From the NCBI GenBank assembly GCA_038087875.1, contig CM075977.1, positions 115,816,001 to 115,880,000 on the forward strand: a stretch of DNA of 64,000 bases. Direction: 5' to 3'. The notes under the pieces are model-generated. The model was not told the DNA's origin, searched no databases, and saw only the letters and a program-made list of their open reading frames with translations. Origin of the DNA: Malacoraja senta. Lineage: Eukaryota. Of the stretch, positions 1 to 12,359 are shown piece by piece; the first letter of the stretch is position 1, and every line of letters begins with the position of its first letter. A program made the translations under genes and the position numbers.

Positions 1-1
1 A

Positions 2-154
2 AAAAGAATACTGAAGAATGTACCTGATTTGAGATACGGCTTGCTTTACCCCGCAAGACTAAGAGTCACCTACAAGAACAAGGAGCAATTTTTTACAGAC
101 CATGAAAAAGCACTGGAATATGCCAAAGAAATCGGGAACGTGACCACAGACTGA
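2..154 (+). CDS. L1 ORF1p C-terminal domain (partial)
   Basis: Frame 2 reads KRILKNVPDLRYGLLYPARLRVTYKNKEQFFTDHEKALEYAKEIGNVTTD*; YPARLRV...F is the typical L1 ORF1 C-terminal motif. Confidence 0.85.
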   Translation, partial: KRILKNVPDLRYGLLYPARLRVTYKNKEQFFTDHEKALEYAKEIGNVTTD

Positions 155-683
155 AGAATTTACATTACTCCTCAGGAGTCAAGGATTAAAGGGACCGCCA
201 GATCTAAAAGGACCTTTAAAGTTCTTTTAAGAGCTTTAAGGACATTCGAAAACCGAAATGGACGGTGGACATTGGAGAAAACCGTGGTTTTTTTGTTGTT
301 GTTATTAATCACTATTATTATTTGTATATTCATATCTAACTATATATGTAACTACTAATACTTATTAAATATCTATATTACTACTAAAATTATTAACATT
401 TATATTACTCATAAAAATTTAATACTGGGTATGATTGATAACAATGATTAATAACTAACAGTCTTTGGTTAACGTAGAAATGAGTTACATACTTATATTA
501 TATAGGAAGATATGCAAGAGGTAATTCAGCCTACGTCATAATAAGGTTTGACGGTTTTTCTCTTTATTTTTCAATTTAAAATTAAATTTATAGATTTAGC
601 GAAGATATTAATATGATATGTAGAGAATAATAAAGTTGTGAATTTGTGCTGTTTTCGGACTTTTCTGCAGGGATACATGCTTA

Positions 684-776
684 TGTATGTATGCATATGG
701 GTATATATATATATATATATATATATTTATGTATATATGTATGTGTGTGTGTGTATGTATGGGTATGTATATATGT
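684..776. repeat. (TA)n/(TG)n/(TATG)n microsatellite in the L1 inter-ORF spacer
   Basis: Visible dinucleotide and tetranucleotide runs. Confidence 0.85.
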
Positions 777-1151
777 TTGTTACTCCCAAAGAAGTTATTT
801 GATTGTCAGAAATAATTTTTAAAAAATTCGGGCACGGAGCTGGGATTTTTTTTTTTACAAAGGCTACGGAAGTCTTTAGAATTCTAGCCACGTTAGTGTG
901 GCTATCACTAACTACACTAATTGTAGACATAGTTTTTTTTCTTTCACCCTATACTAACCAATTCTATCACTTTTTTCACTTTAAATATTTTTATAACTTA
1001 ATGTTTGAATGGAAAAACAAGACTAATACAAGGAGATGTGTTCGGAAGAGCGATGTATATGATTTTAAATTCATCTATTTGAGGTTCGGGAGCAGGGTCA
1101 GGTTTTATGTGTTGCACCTTCTGCTCGGTTATAGACCACCTTAGAAACAAT

Positions 1152-4100
1152 ATGCAAGATGTTAATATGACAAGAGGGGGTCAGGGAATAACATTTTGTA
1201 GTTGGAATGTCAAGGGAATCAATGAACCAATTAAGAGAGGTAAAGTTTTGGCACATCTAAATTCAATCAAAACAGATATAATATTCCTTCAAGAAACACA
1301 CCTTAAAAAGGAATCTCAACATAGACTTAAAGCTAAGTGGATCGCTGAATCATATCATTCCTCTTTTTCCCATAAGTCCAGAGGAGTTGCAATATTAATT
1401 CGTAAAGGAATACCTTTTACGAATTCATCAACAATAGCGGATATTGATGGTAGATATATTATATTAGTTGGAGAGTTAAATGGAGAAAAAGTGATTCTTC
1501 TTAATGTATATGGGCCTAATTTTGATAACCCTATGTTTTTTAATAAAACATTTAATAAAATTCCTGAATTTACACAATATAAATTAATAATTGGAGGAGA
1601 CTTCAATTGTACATTAGATTCATACTTAGATAGATCATCAAGGCAAAAAAAAGTAAAATCTCAATCAAGTGTATTTTTAAATTCATTTATTAATACCACT
1701 AATATTAAGGATGTCTGGAGAATTGAAAATCCAACTGGACGGGAATATTCATTTTACTCACCAGTACATAAAACATACTCAAGAATAGATTATTTTTTAG
1801 TTGACTCCACGTTTATCCCATTTACTTATAACTCAAAATACCATAATATTATAATCTCAGATCACGCACCTGTAACATTCATGATTAAATTAAATGGAAT
1901 GTCCGAGAAACAAACATATTGGAGATTTAACCCACAAATTTTGAACGAAAGATCATGCCAGGAATATGATACTAAACAGATTCAAATATTTTTTTAGGTA
2001 AATGACAACCCTGACACACCTACTTCTCTTATGTGGGAAACGTTTAAAGCGTTTGTTCGAGGTGCATTAATTTCTGCTCAAGTATTTTATAATAAAGAGA
2101 ACAGGATTAAACAACAAACATTGGAAAGTGAAATCAAGCAACTAGATATAGAAAATGCGAGAATGCCATCTATTTTAAAACATAATAAAATTGCTGTATT
2201 GAAATATAAATTAAATAAAATGTATTCAGAACAAGTAATAAAACTTTATCAAAAAACCAAACAATTACATTTTGAATTTGGAGACAAACCACAAAAACTA
2301 TTAGCACGTCAGTTACGAAAAATGGAAGGGGAAAAAATAATTCATAAAATTAGAACGGAGACAGGAGAATTATTAAAAATGCCCAAGGATATAAATGAAA
2401 GATTTCTCCAATACTATCATAATCTTTATTCAACTAAAACTATAGTACAATCAGAAGGAATAGCAGATTTTTTACTAAAATGTAATTTTAAAGGTTTAGA
2501 TTCAAACGATAGAGAATTATTAGAAAGGGAGATTACGATAAAGGATATTGAGGAGTCTATTGGCTCTTTAAAAAATGGTAAAGCAGTAGGACCAGATGGT
2601 TTAGGCTCTGAATTTTATTTAAAAATTTATGACTTGCTCTCCCCACGTTTACAAAGGCTGTATGAGCATATCTATACTCAACAGAAACTTCCAGATACTT
2701 TAAATGAATCTATAATAACACTTATTCCTAAAGCTGATAAAGATCCGGAAGATCCGGGATCATATAGAGCAATTGCACTTTTAAATACAGATCAGAAAAT
2801 ATTAACTAAAATACTAGCGCATAGATTAAGTACAGTGATGAATAAATTAATACACCCTGACCAAACAGGCTTTATTCAGAAACGGTACTCATATTATAAT
2901 CTAAGAAGATTATTTAATATTATTTATTCTAAGAGAATTATTAATGAAGATCTAGCAATAATCTCACGACGCTGAAAAAGCATTTGATCAGGTTGAATGG
3001 TCTTATTTATTTTCGGTGATGGAAAATATGCAGCTAGGGGAGAAATTCTGCACATGGATAAAACTGTTATATACAAATCCTACGGCTAGAATATTAACAA
3101 ACCAAAGGTTGTCATCTAAATTCAGCCTATCTAGAGGTTGTAGACAAGGATGCCCGTTATCTCCATTATTATTTGCGCTTGCTATTGAGCCACTCGCAGA
3201 AAGAGTTAGGGGTCATCCGGAAATACATGGGTATATTACAAAGGACACAGTGAATAACATTTCTCTATACGCAGATGATGTACTAATTTACATTACAAAA
3301 CCAGAAATTAGTATTCCAAACTTATTAAAGCTAATAACCCAATTTGGTTCACTCTCAGGATACAGAATAAATTGGAATACAAGTGAAATTATGCCAATAA
3401 GGGAACATAACAAACAGATAATACAACAATTTCCATTTAAAATATTAAATGAAAAATTTAAATACCTAAGATATATACATCATTATTTAAAGCAAATTTT
3501 CCCCCATTACTGAACAAACTACATAAGAATATTCAATACTGGAAAACACTTCCTATCTCAATGGTTGGCAAAATTAATGCCATAAAAATGATTTTTTTTT
3601 ACCGCAAATATTATACCTTTTTCAGACAATTCCGATATATTTGTCAAAAAACTTTTTTTTTAAATTGGACTCCATTGTTAATGATTTTATCTGGGATTAT
3701 AAGAATCATAGGATAAACAAAAGACATTTGTGTAAATCAAAAATAAATGGAGGCTTGGTTTTACCCAACTTTCTGTTTTATCTTTGGGCAGTTAATATTA
3801 AAAATATGAATTTCTGGTTGGAAGAAATAGATCAACAACCAGATTGGTTAAAAATGGAAAAGGAAGATTGTTTACCTTTTGATATCGGCTCGATATTATT
3901 TGCTACATCTAAATTAAACAAAAAAAATTATAGGGAAAACCCTATAATATTTAGTGCTATACGAATTTGGAAACAATTAAAAAAGACATTAAAATTAGAT
4001 AATTTATCACTTTTTCTTCCAATTGTGAATAACCCTTTGTTTAAGCCCTCATGGTTGGACAGGGGTTTTACACAATGGAAGAATTATGGAATTAAAAATA

Positions 4101-4915
4101 TGGGACAACTTTACAAGGAAGGCACTTTTCTGACATTTCAGGAGTTGCAACAGACTTATGGACTCCGAGGAAATAATTATTTCAGATATCTTCAATTCAG
4201 AGATTATGTAAAATCGAATACTCAAAATTTTCGAATTAGAAATTCAGAAATTCTTGAAGAATGTTGGAATAAACATCCTAATACAGAAAAATTAATATCT
4301 TATATATATAATATCTTATTAGACAGTGACATTCCATCGACGGACTTACATAGACAAACATGGGAAAAAGAATTAAATCAAATAATAACGAAAGATACTT
4401 GGGAAGAAAGTTTACAACACATACATCGATGTTCATTAAATGCCAGACATTCTTTAATACAATTTAAAGTAATACATAGGTTACATTATTCAAAAACAAA
4501 ATTACATAAAATCTTTCAACATATCTCACCTATATGTGATAAATGTCAACATTTAGAAGCTACCTTATCTCATATGTTTGCAAACTGTATAAAAATTAAA
4601 AAATTCTGGGTAAATATTTTTAGTATAATATCTAAAGTGACCAGCACACAATTGGACCCGGATCCAAAATTAATAATACTCGGAACATTAGAATTAAATC
4701 AAACATTTACAACAACACAAAGTAACTTTATTGATTATAATATAATAACAGGAATAAAAATTAATTCTAAAATTTTGGAAAGGCCCTACAACCCCCACAA
4801 TCAAAATGTGGATTATAGAAATGACGGAGACCTTAAACGTGGAAAGAATCAGATTTTCCCTGTTGGACAAACAGGAATTATTCGTTGGAACATGGTCTCC
4901 CTTTATTGATTATTT
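1152..4915 (+). pseudogene. L1 ORF2 (endonuclease-reverse transcriptase), disrupted by a stop and several frameshifts
   Basis: SWNVKG, LQETH, GGDFN, SRIDY, SDH (APE); GPDG, YRAIALLN, GCRQGCPLSP, LYADD (RT); CDKC-x8-H-x4-C knuckle. ORF pieces 1107-1997, 2031-2975, 3016-3513, 3641-4909. Confidence 0.93.
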
Positions 4916-5328
4916 AAAGGGTCAGAATGGTTCAGCACAGGAACCTGACTAACACTCGGGCTAAAGAATGGATGAAATGCTATACTCTGAAATGTACAAA
5001 TATATCTCGAATGAAGTTTTTTTATTTTAATAAATTTTTCCATTCTTCTTTAACTATCTTTCACTTTTGTTTTTTTGTTTTTTGTTTTTTTGTTGTTGTT
5101 TTTTTTGTTGTTTTTTTTCTTCTCTCTCTTTTCTTTCTTTACTTCATCTATCTTTTTAGTTCTATCTAGTTTAAAAAAAAAAAAAGGCAAAAGGTATTGG
5201 AGACAATGTAATAATAATTGACAATATTATCAATTTAAAAATGTAAGACTGTAATGATGTTAATAGGTTGTGTACTTATCTCCAATAAAAAATATTTTCA
5301 AAAAAAATAAATAAATAATAAACTCAAG

Positions 5329-5675
5329 CATAGAAACATAGAAAATAGGTGCAGGAATATGCCATCCGGCCCTTCGAGCCAGCACTGCCATTCAATATGA
5401 TCATGGCTGTTCATCTAAAATCAGTACCTCTTTCCTGTTTATTCCCCATATCCCTTGATTTTGCTAGCCCCAAGATCTAAATGTAACTCTCTCTTGAAAT
5501 CATCCAGTGAATTGGCCTCCACTGCCTTCTGTGGCAGAGAATTCCACAGATTCACAACTCTCTGGGTGAAGAAAATTTGTCCTCATCTCAGTCCTAAATG
5601 GCCGACCCTTTATTCTTAAACTGTGTGTGTCCCGTGGTTCTGGACTCCCCCAACATCGGGAACATTTTTCCTGCA
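5329..5675 (-). mobile_element. CR1 LINE 3' fragment
   Basis: (CATAGAAA)n tail plus the CR1 3' end shared with 22224 and 61329. Confidence 0.9.
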
Positions 5676-5780
5676 GTTACATTAAGTGAAAATCTAGCAG
5701 GCAAGCAGGATGCTTTCTCCAACCACCCCCATTTCAAGGCCACTATCTTCCACCGCTTCTACCCAGTGCTTGGTACCTAC

Positions 5781-5900
5781 TTCCAGCAGCCACTGGTTGT
5801 CCTCCAGGATGCACCGAGCCGCAGCCTGGTCCATGCCGGTCACCAGGACGAATTTGGCACAGAGACTTGCGGCGCAACGCTTCCGAGGCCTACGACAGCC
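5781..5900 (-). pseudogene. TDP2-like N-terminal UBA-like exon fragment (orphan)
   Basis: KRCAASLCAKFVLVTGMDQAAARCILEDNQWLLE resembles the vertebrate TDP2 N-terminus as recalled (KKRRLLCVEFASVASCDAAVAQCFLAENDWEME); followed by a GTAGGT donor-like sequence at 5780. Confidence 0.55.
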
Positions 5901-6094
5901 CGGGACTCTTGCACTGAGACTGCTCCATGGCCGGAGCTGCAGTGAGCGACTCGCCAACCTGGCAAACACTCGCCAGCCCTGGCTCCCCTTCTGCTGCTTC
6001 TGCTTCTATCCCTCCCTCCGCCCCGGCTCTCCAACATCCACTACCAGGTTACTCAGAGCACAGCAGCGCCTCGTCCTAAGCCGGAGACATTGAA

Positions 6095-6160
6095 ACATGT
6101 CTAGCCAAAAAAGTGGGGGGCTGTAGCCCCCCCCCCCCCCCCCCGGTTCCGCGGCGCATG
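6095..6160. mobile_element. hAT-like DNA transposon terminus
   Basis: AAAAAAGTGGGGGGCTGTAGCCCCC...GGTTCCGCGGCGCATG; a G/C-run hairpin terminus typical of non-autonomous hAT elements; partner end not found. Confidence 0.45.
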
Positions 6161-6349
6161 TACCTCTCTCCTGCCACTCGCCGGCCTCGTTCATGTCAAC
6201 CGCTTCCCGCAAATCCTCATATTCCGACTGCCACCGGGAGCAGGACATGGCCTTACTTGCTGCGCTGGGTGACACTCATTCACTGCTGTGTCTGTGTCTG
6301 TGTCTTTCAATGTAAATTTGCATGGAGACATGGTTCAGAGGTGTGCGAG

Positions 6350-6636
6350 AATAGACAATAGACTATAGGTGCAGGAGTAGGCCATTCGGCCCTTCGAGCC
6401 AGCACCGCCATTCAATGTGATCATGGCTGATCATCCCCAATCAGTACCCCGTTCCTGCCTTCTCCCCATATCCCCTGACTCCGCTATTTTTAAGAGCTCT
6501 ATCTAGCTCTCTCTTGAAAGCATCCAGAGAACCTGCCTCCACCACCCTCTGAGGCAGAGAATTCCACAGACTCACCACTCTCTGTGAAAAAAAGTGTTTC
6601 CTCGTCTCCGTTCTAAATGGCTTACTCCTTATTCTT
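6350..6636 (-). mobile_element. CR1 LINE 3' fragment
   Basis: (AATAGAC)n tail; encodes FFSQRVVSLWNSLP...GYGEKAGTGY. Confidence 0.92.
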
Positions 6637-6639
6637 GAC

Positions 6640-6820
6640 GGTTTGGTCAAGTGAGAATAACAGAGAATAAGAATGCTGCTGTCTTGTCAACAGACGCGCA
6701 CACAAGCAGTTGATATTTGTTTTGAAATTCTCATTGATTACAGAATTTCTCAAGACAGAGCGTGAGAAATTGGGCGAAATGCGTTAGACTCACCCTCAAT
6801 GCGTGAGAGTTGGCAGCTCT
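6640..6820. mobile_element. hAT-like transposon right end
   Basis: Ends in GTTGGCAGCTCTG (CAGAGCTGCCAAC-type TIR) with GCGTGAGA subterminal repeats; CR1 sequence resumes immediately after. Confidence 0.5.
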
Positions 6821-7515
6821 GCATTAGCTTTCACTGCCTGCTGTACCTGCATGTTTACTCTCAGTGACTGGTGTACAAGGACACCCAGGTCCACTTGCAC
6901 TTCCCTTTTTCCCAATCTGACACCATTGAGATAATAATCTGCCTCCTTGTTCTTGCTGCTATTTTCCTGAACAAACCCTCATATTCTTTGATTCTCCTTA
7001 TACCCCATTTCCAAAAATCAGACGTATATATGTTCAATATATTTGGGTAGAGAATTCCCAAAGGTTCACTTTCCTCCAGTGAGATTTTTTTAAAGCAAAA
7101 TATCTACACTATCAAGTCCCACTAAAAATGGAAATATTTCAATGATAACCCCTACCATTCATCTAAATGTAAGAGAAGGGAGGCTCTCTAATCTCTCCAC
7201 ATATGACAAATCCACCATTTTAGGAATTAATCTAGTGATTTTTTTCATTGAGTACCCCTATCACTGGTAAGGAGACAACACCTGTACCCAATATTCCAGA
7301 TTTGCTCTCAAAATGGTTCTATGTAATTGGACCAAGATATCTCTACTCTTACACTCAAATCCTCTTCATTAAAGGTCAATGTATCCTTTGTCTTCCGAAT
7401 TACTTGCTGCATCTGAACATTATCTAATGATTGGTGCAAAAGGACTCGCGGTGCTCTCTGAACACCAACATTAGTCTGTTTCTCACCATCCAAAAATTGT
7501 TCAGATTTACTGGCT
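6821..7515 (-). mobile_element. Degenerate CR1 RT fragments
   Basis: Similar to the RT C-terminal region of the 22552-23037 CR1 (QMQQVIRK, ...NYIEP). Confidence 0.75.
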
Positions 7516-7681
7516 TTTTTCAACTAGAATCGAAGGCTCTCTTCCCTTTACTCACTAGCATACATGTCTGTAGCTATCATTGGAAATCTCATATTGGTAC
7601 CTTAGCTGCAGTTTGTAAATCTGTAGTGGAAGTATTTTTAATTCAAGTAACATATGCTGGATTATCACTAAGGCTGATATA

Positions 7682-8233
7682 TCTATATTACCAAAAGTCT
7701 GATCTTGACCGCTTTTGGCTCGCTGTGCTGTGATTTCCGAGAGAACGCCGCCACCTATGGCCGTCATTTTTGGCCACCTCGCTCAGAGCCCCCCTCCGCC
7801 TTCCAGGACCAGAGGATTTTTCCCATCGATGTAAAATCAGAGAGATATTAATGTTTTTTTTTTAATTGCCATTCTCTCTGCTGCCCCTGCTGGAGGGAAG
7901 GGAAGGGACTATAAAACCAGGAAGTGGTGTGCCTCACTCAGTCTCTGCAAGATGGAGGAAGCCAGAGGGTCACGTCTCTATGAGCTCTGAATAACACTGA
8001 ACACATGTCTACTCAACTGTGAGTGCCCTTGATGTGGTTTGAAAATGAAAATATGGTTGAAGTAAAAAGGCAGTGCAAATGGTTGTTTGGGGGGTTTTGA
8101 AGTAAAAAGGCAGTGCAAATGGTTGTTTGGGGGGGGTTGGGTTGAAGTAAAAAGGCAGTGCAAATGGTTGTTTTGGGGGGGGGGTTCAGCCCTCCCGTGT
8201 GAACATGGGACCCAACGGGTCCCACTTAGTCTA

Positions 8234-8234
<1 letters not shown>
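7682..8234 (+). mobile_element. Non-autonomous Helitron
   Basis: A|TCTATATT 5' end; TGGGACCC-AAC-GGGTCCCA hairpin (8206-8224); CTAG|T 3' end; internal ~42-bp repeat x3 (8054-8185). Confidence 0.85.

Positions 8235-8266
<32 letters not shown>
8235..8266. repeat. (TA)n microsatellite
   Basis: Visible run. Confidence 0.95.
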
Positions 8267-8270
<4 letters not shown>

Positions 8271-8920
8271 TCGGAAAAACATAGTAAAACCAGGTAGCAT
8301 TGAGCATACTGTTCCCCCTTAGAGCTCAGTCACATACTTACTTGCAGGACATGGATTCTGTTTCTGGCTTTAGCAAATTTCAAAATACTGTATTTGTCAG
8401 CACTGATACAAACTGGTTTTGTAGAGCTAACATCCCTGTGATGGCTGCTTTATATACTATATGAGAAAGTTCTGAAACATATCTAATATGGAGAATATAA
8501 TGTTCAAGAAATCTCTCAGCATGTTTTTCAAAACCACTGGCTTGGAGTGCTACTGCAGTGCATCTCTGTGGACTATGAGTGATGCATATTTTGTTCATAA
8601 AGCAAACATCGGCTAGCCTACATTCGGCATCAATATTAATTGTTGTAATTGTTACCTTTCATTCAAATATCTCTGCCAGTTAAACTCTGCCAATTTTTTG
8701 TAAACCAGCGTCCAAGAAATGCTTGAGATATTTCAACTGTATGTAATAAAATAAATGATTATTTAAAACAAATGATTGCAATATTCATGTAGCTTCATTA
8801 TACAGTAGCTGCCATGGCCAATTCATTTATTGACAGTAGTCTACAGTCAGCACAAGAACTGGAGGTAAAAACATAGTTACAGTTCAAGTAGCACAGTAGA
8901 TTTAAAATATTTCTATGAAG

Positions 8921-9180
8921 TCACAAGGAACTGCAGATGCTGGTTTACAAAAAAATATATAAAGGGCTGGAGTAACTCAGTGGGTCAGGCCTCATCTCTG
9001 GAGAACAGGGATAGGTGATCTTTCAGGTCGGGACCCTTCTTCAGGCTGATTGCAGTAGGGGGGAGAATGCTGGAAGAGAGGTGGAGACAGAACAACATGG
9101 CAAGTGATAGGTAGATACAGGTGAGGAGAGTTTTTCATTGGCAGATGGACAATAGCCAGAGATGAAAAGACAAAAAGTGT
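8921..9180 (-). mobile_element. Penelope-type terminal repeat with minimal hammerhead core
   Basis: GGAACTGCAGATGCTGG...GGAGTAACTCAG motif; minus-strand CTGAAGA-A-GGGT-CCCG-ACCT-GAAA-GATC at 9017-9044. Confidence 0.7.
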
Positions 9181-9544
9181 GAAAATATTTCAATAATTCA
9201 AGCTTACAGTAATCACCAAAATAATTTTGTTTTATTAAGGGTATCCATTCATAAGATTGGATTCATAAGATTCATAAATTTGTGGTAATGTCAGGCAAAT
9301 TAGTTTTTCTTTACAGTGTAGGGGCATTGCTGATGGAGCCATGATTTACTCCCCATCTCCAATTGCCATTGGAAATTTATTGATTAGGCACCTTGAATTA
9401 TTGCTGTCCCTCTGGTGACATCAGGTTGGAGTTCCATGATTTAGATCTGACAATGCTGAACAAAAGGCTGTACCTTTGCAAGTAAGGATGATACAAGACT
9501 TGAAGGGTACTCTACAGGGGTGGTGTTCCCTAATTTTTGCTGCC

Positions 9545-9753
9545 AATAGACAATAGGTGCCGGAGTAGGCCATTCGGCCCTTCGAGCCAGCACCGCCATT
9601 CAATGTGATCATGGCTGATCATCCCCAATCAGTACCCCGTTCCTGCCTTCTCCCCATATCCCCTGACTCCGATATCTTTAAGAGCGCTATTTAGCTCTCT
9701 CTTGAAAGTATCCAGAGAACCGGCCTCCACTGCCCTCTGAGGCAGTGAATTCA
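9545..9753 (-). mobile_element. CR1 LINE 3' fragment
   Basis: Near-identical to 6350-6570. Confidence 0.9.
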
Positions 9754-10319
9754 ACAGCCCTCGTCTTTATGTTTGGTAAAGATAATGTATTCGAAATGCG
9801 CTATTGAAGTAGCCTCATATGAATGGTCAAATGCAATTGTAAGGTATCAGGTTATTACATTGGTTTAAAAAGCCAAGGAAAATAATATATCATGTGGGCA
9901 TTGGTTTGGGTTGAATATGACCAAGAGTTGAATGCTTTGCAGTTTTGATCAAAGTCAAGGTATGTAACTGCATGTGTTTGTTTCTACCTTCATCCCACCT
10001 TTGATGACAATGTTATCATGGCTCTTATTCTTCTCTCCCTAACTGTAAACATGAAATTAGCTATATCCAGTATTTTCATTATTTGTGCTTGTGAGAGAAA
10101 ATGAACAACCTGAAATTAATGAGTCCTTGCTGGGTGATATATAAATGTGATGATTCTCTTAATGCTTTCAAGTAACACACTTCCCATTCTAGTGGGGGAA
10201 TAGGGTCAACTGAACCACCACTAGGAAATGGATTTGATATTTAAATATTGTAATTAGGCTACACATATCAGAAATAACCCTCATTTTAACTACCACATTT
10301 CAGAGAGAAATCAAAGAAA

Positions 10320-10658
10320 GTGGCAAAGAATGGCAGGTAGAATTTAACTCGGAGAAGTGCGAGATGTTGCACCTTGGCAAGTTAAAACAGGGCAAGAACT
10401 ATACAATAGAACAGAAAGACCTACGGTTACAACAACAGAGTTCCCTGAAAGTGGTGACACAGGTAGACAAGATCCTTAAGATAGCATATGGCATGATTGA
10501 CTTCATCAGACAGGGTATTGATTACAAGACTTGGAACATCATGTTACAACTGTTCAAGTCATTGGTAAGACCATGTTTGGTGTATTATGTGCATTCTGGT
10601 CGTCCACCGAAAGGAAGAATGCCATTAAGCTAGAAATGAATCAGAAAAGATCCACGAT
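10320..10658 (+). mobile_element. Old CR1 RT fragment, cut by an assembly gap
   Basis: KCEMLHLG...MLQLFKSLVRPCL-Y motif. Confidence 0.75.
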
Positions 10659-10858
10659 NNNNNNNNNNNNNNNNNNNNNNNNNNNNNNNNNNNNNNNNNN
10701 NNNNNNNNNNNNNNNNNNNNNNNNNNNNNNNNNNNNNNNNNNNNNNNNNNNNNNNNNNNNNNNNNNNNNNNNNNNNNNNNNNNNNNNNNNNNNNNNNNNN
10801 NNNNNNNNNNNNNNNNNNNNNNNNNNNNNNNNNNNNNNNNNNNNNNNNNNNNNNNNNN
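10659..10858. other. Assembly gap (200 N)
   Basis: N run. Confidence 1.
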
Positions 10859-11140
10859 AGCATGGAGGGAGGGTTTTAAAATCACAGTACACTGCATTTT
10901 GAATAAGGTGAACTGAGCAGCCCCTGCGCAGTTGGAGGCTATGGGTGAGTGCTGGAATCTTGCGTTGGGGGAACGGGTTGCGTTGGGGAAACGGGTGAGT
11001 GGTGTGCAATATTGCCTTGGGGAACGGGTTGCGTTGGGGGACCAGTCCTCCCTTGGGGGCTAATGGTGAGTGGTCCAATATTACCTTGGGGGACCAGGCC
11101 TCCCGTGTGACAGAGACCCAACAGGTCCCAGTTGGTCTAG
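10859..11140 (+). mobile_element. Helitron 3' end (5' part lost in the gap)
   Basis: GAGACCCAACAGGTCCC hairpin, then GTCTAG|T; shares CCTCCCGTGTGA with 8191 and GGGAACGGGTTGCGTTGGGGGACCAGGCC with 50190-50240. Confidence 0.8.
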
Positions 11141-11594
11141 TACATTTATAAAATCCTTCCAGTTTACTGCAGAGACTGTAGCTTCAGTTTCCATGAGGAG
11201 CACTCATTAAGCAAATTATGGCATTTCTCAGTTATGCCTGTAGGTGCTTCACACAATACAACAGAATCCTCTGTCTTGGTACAGTAGGCAAGTGGAAAAA
11301 TGTCTGCACCCATCTGCCTCCTCAAAAATGACAGGTTATTTTTATATGCATAGTAGTAGCAGATGAAAATCCTGCCAAAAGTAACATAGATTGGTGATTG
11401 GCAGTAAAGGGCCTGTCCCACTTGGGCCGTCATTTACGCGACAGGCCGGTAGTGACTGACGCGCAACGGTCGCGCACGTCATCGTGCGTTTGCACAGCCG
11501 TCATTTGAAGATGGACACAAAATGCAGGAGTAACTCAGCGGGACCGGCAGCATCTCTGGAGAGAAGGAATGGATGATGTTTCGGTTCACTCACT

Positions 11595-11622
11595 CTGAAG
11601 AAGGGTCTCGACCCGAAACGTC
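11595..11622 (+). ncRNA. Minimal type I hammerhead ribozyme core (Penelope-type)
   Basis: CUGAAGA-A-GGGU-CUCG-ACCC-GAAA-CGUC; weak stem I. Confidence 0.6.
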
Positions 11623-11666
11623 ACCCATTGCTTCTCTCCAGAGATGCTGCCGGTCCCGCTGAGATA

Positions 11667-12359
11667 AGGGCCTGTCCCACTTACGCGTCCTTGGCTTGCA
11701 AATTACGCGACCTCGTGGTCGCTTGAAGCGTACGGGCACCGTATGGCCGCACGGGGCCGGTCCCACTTAGAAGCGCGGAGGGGTATGGAGTTGTGCGGGG
11801 CCGGTCCAAACATCGCGCGGGGCTCCGAAATTCTTGCAGTGAACAAAATCTTTGCGTGCCAATGGCCTGACGGCCAAAGTGGGACAGGCCCAAGACCCTG
11901 GCGCGACGCAAAGTCTCACCTCCAACAGCAGCAGAAGCAGGCAAACGATCGCCGAACTCGGCCTGGGGCTCACGGCCGTTGCGGTCCTCATCCGCCCCCA
12001 CTTCTACTCCCAGAGCGGGGCCAAGAAAATTGAAGATACACACAAAATGCAGGAGTAACTCAGCAGGACCGGCAGCATCTCTGGAGAGAAGCAATGGGTG
12101 ACGTTTCGGGTCGAGACCCTTCTTTTCATACTGAAGAAGAGTCTCGACACGAAACGTCACCCATTCCTTCTCTCGAGAGATGCTGCCGGTCCCGCTGAGT
12201 TACTCCAGCTTTGTGTCCATCTTCAAATGACGTCACGCGCTCCGGACGGCTGTGCGTACGCATGGAATCTCGCCCGACCTTCGCTCGACCGTCTCGGCTC
12301 AACGCGACCACGAGGTCGCGTAATTTGCATGCCAAGGACACGTAAGTATTACAGGCCCT
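11667..12359. mobile_element. Related PIF/Harbinger-like element nested inside the outer one
   Basis: ~55-bp imperfect TIRs; ATA/TTA flanks interrupt GCTGAG-TTA-CTCC. Confidence 0.8.
12100..12158. ncRNA. Back-to-back inverted hammerhead-like cores
   Basis: Minus copy 12100-12128 (core interrupted) and plus copy 12131-12158 (CUGAAGA...GAAACGUC). Confidence 0.5.

Larger units (their letters stand above)
1..5320 (+). mobile_element. L1-clade LINE, nearly full length (5' end lies outside the window)
   Basis: ORF1 C-terminus, ~1 kb spacer, ORF2 with APE endonuclease, RT and CCHC, T-rich 3' UTR, AATAAA and A-rich tail near 5284-5320. Confidence 0.95.

Noticed and set aside
10531-11078. ORFs containing long X runs (also 53237-53695)
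   Set aside because: They span assembly gaps.
11767-11991. Signal-peptide-like CLLLLLLEVR ORF (mirrored at ~12440-12540)
   Set aside because: It lies inside MITE cargo with a short CTG run and has no recognisable homology or splice context; too weak to call an exon capture.
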